64,000 nucleotides of DNA from Paragordius varius (taxonomy: Eukaryota > Animalia > Nematomorpha). The stretch spans positions 124,001-188,000 of the forward strand of contig OZ176055.1 of assembly GCA_964247055.1 (NCBI GenBank). Direction: 5' to 3'. A model generated the notes under the pieces. That model worked only from the letters and a program-made list of their open reading frames with translations. It searched no databases and was not told the DNA's origin. Each line of letters starts with the position of its first letter. Within the stretch, counting starts at the first letter, position 1. Positions 14,301-26,300 of this stretch are shown one piece after another. Position numbers and translations under genes: made by a program.

Positions 14301-17300
14301 ATATTAAATTTAAAATTTTTGGGATATTAGAACATTTTCCTACCTTGTCTACTATACGGCCATTCTGATCTTTAAACCGGTATATGAGTTTAAGGGCTCC
14401 ATCATCCGCATTATCGAGGTAGAGTAATGCATTAGATTGGCTTTCTCGATCCTCGGATCCAGAAGTGCCATCTGTAGACGACAAAATGGCCGTTAGGCCA
14501 TCACGTGAATTCCGATCATCTGATCGGAAATGGAGTTCTAGGTCACGGTTACCAACTAAATTAGATTGCACATTAGCGGGATGAACAACCTATATAATAT
14601 GATAAAACTTATTTTAAAGATACATGAAAAATACAGTCGGACGAAACATAAAAAGTAAAAGACTAAATATCTATTTTTAAACAAAGCCTATTCGGATTTG
14701 AAAATAAATAGCGATTTAATTGGAATAGTGAATATACACAATTGTAATCATTTAGTTTCTATTCAAAATATAAAAGATTAGAAATATATGCTTTTCCTTA
14801 TTATAAAATTAAATGTTGACTTAACGTTATTTTCCCTGCATGGTTTTCATTTTATAAAATAAATATTAGCATTTTACTTTTTGTGTCTTGTCTTCATAAT
14901 TTTCTTACTGTTTAGTTTGTTGTATATCTTATAATATCAGCTAATGTGTTGTTTCTAAACATACTTTTACTGTTACGTCGCATATAATAAATACCAGACT
15001 TTAATTCGTGTGTTGTCTTTAAACGTATTTTAACTCTCTTACATAAATAAATGACAGTGTTTTAGTTTTATGCGTTGTTTTTTAATCCAAGTTTTTTAAC
15101 TATATGGTTTCTTTACATGAAATAAATATAAATATGTTTTCACTTTTCATGGTTTGTCTTTTATAAGGTTATATATTTTAATTCTATGGTTTTTTTCATA
15201 AATAAATGAAAATGTTTTAGTTTTTTGCGTTTTTTTGACCTCAAGTTTTACTATATGGTTTCTTTACATGAAATAAATACATATGTGTTTTCACTTTTCA
15301 TGGTTTGTCTTTTATAAGGTTATATATTTTCATTCTATGGTTTTTTTCATAAATAAATGAGTGTTTTAGTTTTTTGCGTTGTTTTTTAAGTATATAGTTT
15401 CTTTACATGAAATACGTATATGTGTTTTCACTTTTCATGGTTTGTCTTTTATAATGTAAAAAGTAAAAAGTAACCTTAGCATAAGTCTTTCCATCAAGCG
15501 CTATAAGGCAAGGCCGTGAAGGTGCGGGTGGTGCCTTGGTTTGTGGCGGTGGAGGAGGTGGGAGAGGAGGTCTTGTCATTGGCGGCGGTTGAGGATAATA
15601 CTTGGGAGGAGGTGGCGGTGGTGGTTGATAAATCACTTTTGGATAAGAATCTGAAAATATATTTTATAAAAGGATTAAGTCTGAATAAAAAGTTTGAGTG
15701 TTGAACATGAGACTTTATGGTTAATTCGAATTAGCATTAAAAAGTGTTGGTGTTTTTTTAAACAAGGATTAAGTCTGATTAAAAAGTGTTGAACTTGAGT
15801 TTGTGGTTTAATCGAGTTAGAATTACAATTTAGTGTACTTAGTTTTATTGCAAAAGGATTAAGTCTGAGTAAAAAGTGTTGAGTTGAACTTGAGTTTGTG
15901 GTTCATCTCGAATTAGAAAACAATTTAGTGTTGTTAGTTTTGTAAAACGATTAAGTCTGAATAAAAAGTGTGAGTTAAAGAACTTGAGTTTGTGGTTCAA
16001 TCACGAATTAGAATTAAAACTGTTAGTTTTGTTTTGAAAAAGGATCAAGTCTGAATAAAAAGTGTTGAGTGTTGAACTTAAGTTTGTGGTTTAATCCCGA
16101 ATTAGAATTAAAAAGTGTTAAGCTTTGAAAAAGTATATCTATATATTTTGTTTTAAAATTAAAAATCAAAACTTTAAAGAAAACTTTCTTACATGTTGGT
16201 GGCGGTGGTGGGGGAGGAGGTGGTCTAGTTGGCGGCGCATAATATTTTGGTTGATAAACTGGATCTAAAAGACATATCGTTAGAAAAAATAATCAATTAA
16301 TAAATCAGATAAAATATCATAAGGAAAAAAACCTAAAATGCAAAAATTTATAAATTGGATTGAAAACCCACGTGAATTTTACAAATGAATTAGATAAATA
16401 TACCAATTAAAATAAAGATCCCAAAAAGCGATTATTTTGTTTAATTAATTGGATCCACAACTTAATAATTTCATTAAATTAATTCATCAAATCAAAGCAA
16501 TATCCCAATTAAAAATCCTGCTATGCAAGCACAAAAGGCACATAATATTTTGGTTGTTATACTGGATCTAAAACACACAATATAAGTAATCAACCAATCC
16601 AACCAAATTAATTATCATATGAAAGATATTTAAACAATTATTCAATCAAATCAGAACAATATCCCAATTAGACATTAAAGCCCCAAAAAATCTTACATTG
16701 AGGTGGTGGGGGAGGAGGAGGCAAAGGTGCCGCTTTTTGTGGTGGCGGAGGAGGAGGTGGCGCATAAGTCATGCTTTTCATGGGCGGTTGTGGATATTGA
16801 TTGTAATGAGGAGCAGCAGGCGGTCTGGGTGGAGGGGGAGGTGGGGGCGGAGGAGCCCAAACTTTGACCCATTCGCTCGACAAGTCAATCCCATCACATT
16901 GTGGGTTCTTCAGCTGACCGATAAAGTGACCAGCTGATCGCCCGCCATAATATGGATTCTGTTGTTGCTGTTGTTGTTGCTGTAAACTGGAATCACTCGT
17001 GCCCACGAGGATTTGATAGATGGAAGGAATCATGTTCCCACCTGGGATGTAATGACTCTGCTTACTCCCATCAACTTTAAGGGTTATGCTTTGCCCATCT
17101 CGGGCCACTATAAGGTCATGCCAATTCCCATCATCGATACGGATATCAGAGTAGAGTGGCTAACACATATATGGAAGCAAATATTTTAATTTTAAAGACG
17201 TTTTTTTTCAAAAAAAAATTGGAAATAGCATTATTAAAAGGCAAAAATTTGTACCACGTCGCGGCCTTCATAAGAAATCAAAAGTTTAGGTCGACCGCCT

Positions 17301-20300
17301 TCAGCCTCTAAATTCATGCGAACAGGGGAGTTTGGTGATGATATCGATAAAATTCCCATATCAGGGCGATTGGTGCGTGTTTGCACGCGAACGATATTGT
17401 TGGAATATTGAAAGCCTTGCTTATCATCCGTGTATTTGTAATAATAATTCCCGTCCATATTAAAAATTTTATAGTGATGTCCTAACACATAACGCACAAA
17501 TTAAAATTTAAGTCCACATACACAGTAAAAATTGAAATTATACGTAAAAAAACGTAAAAACAATATATTTAAAAGACCACTATACTTTTTTAAACTTGTT
17601 TCCTTAAATAACTCATTATGTAAATTACAATGTTGGAAATAAAAATATAAATTGGTGAGACATTGAATTTGAGATTGTCATAAAGAAAAATAGGTTAAAG
17701 TGATATTTTGAAAAAATCTCTTTTACATTTTAACGTTAGGCCTGATAATTTCAAATTTTACTGTATTTTTCACTAAAAAATTTAAAGAAAAAAAAGATTA
17801 AATTAAATTACTTTTATCAACACTATTATCCACAACGGGTTGAGTTATGACGCGTGAGGAAGGGATAGGTGCCCTGCCATCCGCATTAATAAAGGGTAAG
17901 CCATTAACCATTAAATGTTGAATGGATCCCTGGAAATAAGCGGATTGTGGATAAGTATCTATCCCGCCCACTTGAATCGTTTCAATGGTCATTGGACGTG
18001 CAACGCTTGCATATTGCATTTCGGTCCCGTATATGTCTGCATCTACGAAAAAAACATATTTTGTAATGCATTACAAAGAATTTATGTAAAAACAAATCAT
18101 AAAAAGACTTGTTAAAGTATTAGAGGGCTTTAGACTAAAAAGACTTTTAAGTTTGTTATAATTTAGATTTCTACTGTAATTTATAATTTACTTTATGAAC
18201 GTATTAACATTTTTTTAATCAAATAGATATAGTAAAATAATCATTCAAATTATTGATTAAGAGTCTATACTTCTATAAACTTCATCATCTATTTGAACTT
18301 TAACGTTTTGTCCATCTTTGCGAAAATCAACTTGATGCCAGTTCCCATCGACATAACTGTTGCGTGAAGTGACAGACTAATTTTTTGAGAAAAAAACAAA
18401 ATGATTATATAAAATTTGCAAAATAAACTCCATAAAATAGGTTTAAATCTATATACATTAGTTTGGCCCGCATTAACGTAATTGACTTTAACGCGGCCGC
18501 CTTCCAGATAAATCTTGAGATTATCAGCCGAACTGCAATCTGCATACAAAACAACGCTGTCCCTATTATGCGTCGTTTTAAACCGTAAAGCAATCTCCGT
18601 AATGGTTGAAGTGAAATTGCTGGGCAATATTATTCGAACAACTTGATCTCCTTCAAGATTGAGTGTTGGGGCATCTGTTTTAATTTTATTAGAATAAAAT
18701 TAGGAATTTATAGAAAATTTCTAGGGAAAGTTACCTAAGAATATCCATACTAAACACAGATTAAAATATTGGTAATGTATAAGTTGGTTAATTTACCTTT
18801 CTCACATCGTTGGCCTGAATACGGGGTGCGTCCACAATCACAATAAGTCCTATTATAGCCTTCTTGACATAACCTATAAAAAATTTAATTAGATTTTTTT
18901 ATAAAATAAAAAAAAATCTAAAAAAAACTTATATTTTACCCATTATTGTAACAAGCCGTTCTACGACACCTAACTTTTGGAGCTTCGCACCGATCCACAC
19001 GATAAATTTTTATTGAATTTTCATCTGCATTCAGCATTGGACTTTCACTAAATTTGGGGGCTGTACTCATCCCTGAAATATATACAGTAAAAATTGAAAT
19101 TGTACAGACAAAACGTGTAAAACATAAAGACAAATATTCTTTTTAGATATATTTACTTGTATGACCATTAAATAAATTATTTAATTATAATTGTAAAATA
19201 CATAATTGATTGTGTTATCAATTTACATCTCTATTTTAATACAATGAGCTATATTAAATTTAAGTTGGAATAATATGGCGGTCTTTTGAATATTATTTGA
19301 CTATATATTTTAACATTTGTCTGTATGATCTAAATTTTTTCTGTTTATTTAAAAGATTATTTTCAGAAATAGAAAATAAAAATTTCTGAAATTTAACCGA
19401 TATATTAGCTAAATTTACCATCATTTATGGTGAGATCTTGTATGCATCCAATAAAACTGTTGGTTGAAAGTGTAGGCAAGTTAGATTTGGCCCTTGGGTT
19501 TCGCCCGCCTATCGTTATATCGCCATAAACGACATTGGATGAAGCCATGGTAGGGAGCGGGAAGGTTACAGGATTTTGTTCTCCGACCTGTACCGTAATA
19601 CCATGGTTTATGATCAATTCATATTTAAGCGATACCGGTTGCGACAACGGAAGAACATACAGTTCTGTTCTGTAAAGGTAGGACAGATAAAAATAAGTTT
19701 TATATATAGAGTTATAGTGAAATTTTAGAGTGTGTATAAAATCGCTAGTTTTTTTAAAAAAAAATTGCCAGCTAGCAAGCATACAAAGAAAATATTATCA
19801 GCTAAAACCGAAAAAATACAAAAAAAGTGTGACTTGACAATAACATGCAATTTTATACAATAAAATACTAGCCATCCATTATTTACTTAGTATACTTTAT
19901 ATAATACCTATAAGGAGTTAAACCGCCATCCACAGCGTACAAAAGGTAAAGACGATGACTAAATATTTCAATGCACACAGGTATGGAACTATCATCGTAA
20001 AGTACAATCCCACGCGGTTCATTTGTCATGAGTTTCATAGCTATCTTTCGGTAATTCGTGTATGTTTGTTGAGGGACCCTGTTTTGATTAGCTGTGTCTT
20101 GGCGTCGTACAGACTCCAAGAAATCTGAACTTAGTGTTAGATATGCGCCACCTTCTCGATGTACCTCATTGAAAGAATAGGAAACAGCAGCATTGTTTTG
20201 ATTATCGAAAGTCCCAGGATTAGAATTAGTATTGCTACCAACATCTAAAATTGCGGGTACATTGATATCCTGACGAGATAGGTATCTAAGTGTCCCAAAC

Positions 20301-23300
20301 ACTTGGACATCAGGCTCTCGGCGAATCAACATATCAACGGGGTAAAATTTTGTTTTTGTTGAATCTGCCGTTTCTTTCATTATAATGATCTAGATTCAAA
20401 ATATGGAGATTTTAATTATCATTCATGTAAAAGGCAAATATTTATCCTTTATTAAGAATATTAATTAAATACGGACAAAAGTTAAAACTATAAAGGCAAA
20501 TATTTTGTTTTAAAAGACCACCGCTATACATTTTTACTCTTATGGTTAAATTCGTAAAGGATGAAATAAAGATAAATATTGGTATGATAAATACCTATGT
20601 ATTTTACAATTGTAATTAACTCATTTATAGAGTAAAAATTTAGGTTTAAAAATATAATACGCACAATAAACCTCATAAAACGTGCCATTAAAGTATTCGG
20701 GGCGTGTAAGTGCCCTATCTAAGATAACTTGATTAGTTCCCCCAAAATCGAAATAAAACTCCTCTGAGCTTGTCGCGACACCGTCAGGTGACACGGTCAG
20801 GGGAGAAAAGTTTTTGGACATTTCCTTTTGCTGTACGTATTGATTGTCAACACTCAACATAATCTATAAATATATGCAAAAAAAAAATTATATTAAACCA
20901 AAAAATAAATTGTAATTTTTATATACAAAGTCATATATACCATTTACAATTCAAAATCACCCTTAAACAATTCAAATTCTCCCTCAAACAATTCAAATTC
21001 ACCCTGAAATAAAATTTATGTTTTTTAAGATTAAAAATTACCTATATTTTTAAACATTTTTAAAAAATAAAAAAATTTTGTTTTAAATTAAAATAGTATA
21101 CTGAAAAAATAATAAACTATGCCATAAAGATGTATTTCATATTAATAATAAGTTATATAAGTTCGAAAACACCTAATTTATTTTTAGGGTAAATTTGAAT
21201 TGTTTGAGGGTGAATTTGATTTGTGCAAGGGTGAATTTGAAATGTAAATGATATGTATCATTATAAATGGCATCATTACCGACCACAAAAAAATTATAAA
21301 GTTATAATTTTTTTGTTTTATACTAGTTTTGTTTTATTAAAACCGCATAAAATTTAGGTCAAAAATCGCATATATGTGTAATAAAAAAATTTTTATTGAC
21401 TAACCCTATTTGAAGTTTTTTTGACAATGATTTGATGTTTAGCGCCAGGAACAATTTCATACCCTGGGGGATAAATAATTTCAAGGCGATTTTGCTGTTT
21501 TCCAAATTCCGTATTTATGTAAAGTATTACATTACCTTCCTATCCAATTCAAATAAAAATTTATCAATTTATGGTAATCATATGCACAGTAGAAATTGAA
21601 ATTACACAGACAAATTGTAATAACATATAAAAATAAAAACAGTTTTTTTTTTCAAAATACTCTCATACTTTTTTAAACCTTGATTTTTTTCTCCATAAAC
21701 TATTTGAAATATATAATTATTGAGAGTGTTACCAATTTACTGTCTTTTACAATAAAATATATGTCCCTATGTTCATTTTGTCTGAATAATTTATATAAAA
21801 ATTCCCTAAAATTTATAAAAAAATATATAATTTAAATCATTTAATAAGCTAACTTCAAGTTTTAGAAACATATTTTCCATATCGCGACCAACGTAGAATA
21901 GGAAGCCATTCTTGACTTTGGTGTCGAAATCGAGGAAAATCTCAAAATCGTCCGCTAAAATTTTCGCATCGCGTGACGTGAATCGTATAAATCTGTATAT
22001 ACAAATGTCATTTAATAATTTTTAAAATATTTAAAATATATATTTTTAAAGTTATTATTGCTAAAATTTTATTTTCCTTAAATCTTAATTTATACTGGAA
22101 CATTAAAAATCAATTATTGATTTATTTTAATCAATATGTTCCCAGTGGGTGATTTTACTAATTTAGAGATGTAATGAAAATTAAAATAATAAATTAAATT
22201 ATAAGTATAAGATATTTAAAGTTCAATTTAAACTTCAAAATTTGAACTTTAACAAAAAATATGCAAAGTTTTAACCATATGTTAGCTATTAGTTAGAAAA
22301 ACATATTATTTATTAACTATTTTTTTTTCAATGTTAAAATACTTTAAAACAAGAAAATTGAATTAAATAAAAAATGAGATTCAAATACTTCATAATACTC
22401 AAAAAATTATGTAATATTCTCTGCATGATATTTTTCAATATAAATGGTTTTACAGTTTTTATAAAAATATTCATCCATATTGATTAGTGAGAATGTAAAA
22501 ATATACCCATTATTAATGAAACTTATTCGATAAGTATTTTGCGTTTTTCGAAGGGCATTGCGTGGATGGGCAGGAATTTCACCTATCATATAAAAAAAAT
22601 AAAAGCACGGATAAAAAATATAGAATAATGCACAAAAACTAGGTTCAAAATTATATCTTCTGACCGCTAAATAGAAAATGATATATTCAACCGTTTATTA
22701 ATGATTTTAATAAAAAAACAAGGGAGTTAAAAATAGTTTGAAAATTTATGACATTTTTGCCAAAAATTTAATTATCATTTAAACAAGTTTCTAAAATGTG
22801 TTTTTTATTAATCATATCACAGTTCGCAAATGCAGTTATAACTGTTTTCTAATAAGTAAAAATTTACACAGCTTAAAGAAATTAATTATATTACAAATAT
22901 AACTAGATTTTTTTGGGTATCTTTAGTAGGAATCACCTGATCGACCTCGAACCACATTGCCTCGGGAATCAATGATGGGAGGGGATCGGGTCGTCCGCAC
23001 CCTAACTGCGCCATCAGATGTTCCCCGATCAACAGCTGTGAATGTGACCGGATGTCTCGCGGCATCAGCTGATCCAATGACTTGAATATCGTGATGACTG
23101 GACCAGGAACCGGTCCCTTCCTGCGGTCCGCCATGGCCGACCCGCGTGCCAGCACCGCCATCATCCCCGCGGGCAGCCATTGAAGCTTGGAACGAATTGA
23201 ATCGCGAAGAACCAGCTGTTGTACTTCCTCTCCCAGCTGTTCGCTAAAATGAAAAAATGACACATGCTAAATTAGAGTTTAATTGAGAGGATATTTTACG

Positions 23301-26300
23301 GTATATTATTAATACAAATGTAGTAAAAAAAGCATTCCCCTAAATAACCATATAAAATTACAATTTTAAAATATACCATTTAAAATTTAAATTCACCTTA
23401 AAAATAGATTATGTATTTTCGGGCATATAACTTTTTTATAAACATAAAATTTTTTACGACATAGTTTATTATTCAGCATTATAAATATTAAACAGAATTT
23501 TTTTAAATATTAAAAAATAAAGGTTAATTTCAATCTTAAAAAAACACATAATTTATTTTTTGGGTGAATTTGAGTTGTTTGAGGGTGACTTTCAATTTTT
23601 CAAGGGTAAATTTGAGCAGTAAATGGTATACATAATTTAATATGTTAATAATTTCTAGAGTTATTATAAATGTCTTTTTCATTAAAATATTTGTCTTTTA
23701 GTTTTTAATTTTTACTGCCCTTTAATCCATGAACCTTAAAGACCCAGGACAAAATCGATTGAAAAGGTTTTCTTACAAAATTAATAACCATCATTAATCA
23801 TAAGCCAACATTCCGCTTACCTAAAATGGTTATGCCAAATTTTTTTGTAATATTTATAAGTCAAATGATTTGAATTTTGATTACATTTATAAAACTAATT
23901 CAATTTTGATAAATTGTAAATAAATACCAAACAATAATAACATATAAATAGGGAAATATGTGATTTTTTCTCCGAAATTATTGTTTTATAAATTAAGTAA
24001 AATTTTAAAAGTTTAACACAGCGTTAAATTAAAAATAAAAATTGTTTTTCAGTTTGAAAACCTTGTTTACACAAACTGTTTCTAACGAGTGAGTTATTTA
24101 AATTTTAAACCAGGTACCCTAACGAAATATGGAAAGAACAAATTTGAACGGTCAAAAATACCTGATTAATGGTTGATTGATGTTGGCTCCTATGTATTTG
24201 GTTGTGTTGTCTTTGAGCCTGATGAGCCAATAAGTAATGATGTTCATGTGTTAACAAATGTTCTCGGTTTTGTGTTACTAAAGATTGTTGTTCCTTATTC
24301 AGATGATGCGGTGATGATAACAAAAAAGCATTTTTGAGCAATAATTGCATTTGAGGGACTTTAATGTGTCCGCGTTGGACACCATTAACAAAAAGGGACA
24401 ATCCTTCGGCCGGCTTAAACTGAAGTTTAATTTGATACCAAAGGCCAGGCGTAAAGCCTGTAGCTGATAGGGTCCACGTCGTTTTATGTAGCAAAGAGTT
24501 AGTGGGAGCATCAATCGTATTCTGATTATTTTCAATGTTTCGATTATAATCTGTATTCCTTCCAATGGATATGCTAAGGACGCCATGAACGTACACAATT
24601 TTAACATACGGGTACCGACCTTTGAGTAAATCCGCCCCTCGTCCCAAATCAAAATCGTGGCCTAAATCACCCCGACCACCCTCATGTTGCTGAATGCTAG
24701 TTGAAGTTTTATTGGGTTGTCGAATAATCCACGAGAATTCGAGTCTCATGTTTCGATCGCAATGACTTAAATCGCTCCAACACGGGAGCGTTAGGGCATC
24801 CGAAGTATCGGCAATCAAGATTTCATAGTTGTTGGAGTAGGGGCTGGCCTCAAACGCAGACTCTTCTGTAAATGTTACAAATATTTTATTTTTGAATAAA
24901 ACGAAATCAAAATTATTTATTAATTAACATATGGTTAAATTTTTAAACTTAAAAATTCAGAGCCTAACTCTAGTGTTGGGTTGTTTAACCAGTCAAAAAA
25001 CCATCGCTTATGGTCATTCTCAGTCAAAACTAGTAAACTAAACCACGATTGCAAATATATCTATACTTATATATGATAAAATATAAATTTTTATAGGAAA
25101 AACATTGACTGGTTATTTTCTAAAGCGATCATAGTGATAAATGATTTATAACCTAACCAATCCAACCCTACCTTAGTCTAAAACAATTTTTTCCTGAAAT
25201 ATCAAAACAATGTAAATTGATTTGTCAGTCCTCTTAGATAATTTACTTTTTATAAAAATTAATTCTTTTGGTGGTAAAAAAATTAAAAGGCGGCTAGCTC
25301 TTTTATTATTATTTGTAGAAAAGTTTTTTTGTTCAAAAATATAAACTACGAAATATCTTTTAACCAACCAACCACACATTGTATTTCATTATTTTTATTA
25401 TAGTTGCAATAAAATGTATATATGTATGTATATAAATAAAAATAATATTTATATATCTTTTAACCTTGTGCCATTTCAAAGCGATTAATGTAAATTTTTT
25501 TTATTATTATATTATCGAATTGAATTGAATAAAAAAAATTATGTATATATAGCATGTAATGTAAAATAATGATAAAATTTGCATGTTTTTTTGAAAATTA
25601 TTGCGCAGTTAAAACGTATATTTATATTATCGTAAATTGGTTGTGATTAGTTATTATCTATAAACATTTTATAAATATAGAAATATATATTTTAAATTCA
25701 GATTTTTCTAGAAAAATAAATAATTTTATTCAATATTTGAAATTGTCAAACCCTAAAACCTTAAAAAATATTAACAAATAACTAAAAGAAAATATTTAAA
25801 ATTGTTCCAACAGGTATCTTTGACTTAGAATTTCCATCGGACTTTAAATTTATATATGGTAAAACATCAATGTAGAATAATTTTTTTATAAAAATAACAC
25901 AAATTATAAATGCTAAAATATCAATCCATCTATAATAAAATAAAAAAATATAAAATGCAACAATGGTAATTTATGTATGTAATAATAATTATTAATACAA
26001 ATTGGCTTTATAAAGGAATAATAGCAATTGTCCAAATATTTACTTATTGTCATTGCTTATTATAATTAAAGATATAACATGAGTCCGACACATGTCACCT
26101 CAGAAAAATAAAGAGTTTTTATAATTTTTTCTATTTTTATAAAATTATTATTTAAATAAATATAAAACCAAGCATATTTTGGGGTTATCATACTATTTGC
26201 TCACCTATAAATCCAATATTAAAAATTATTATAATAATTTTATTAATAATATAAAGCGACAAAAAGTAAATAGAAAAGGAAATAATCCCTCTTTTTTGTA

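Noticed and set aside
15668-16130. CRISPR-like appearance of regularly spaced repeats (also the 21-bp arrays in family B)
   Set aside because: The intervening sequences are homologous to each other rather than unique spacers. The context is a eukaryotic intron with no cas genes.
22886-23263. 125-aa alternative-frame ORF suggesting dual coding
   Set aside because: Only the other frame is phase-compatible with both neighbouring exons. A second open frame is expected by chance in a GC-rich 300-nt exon.
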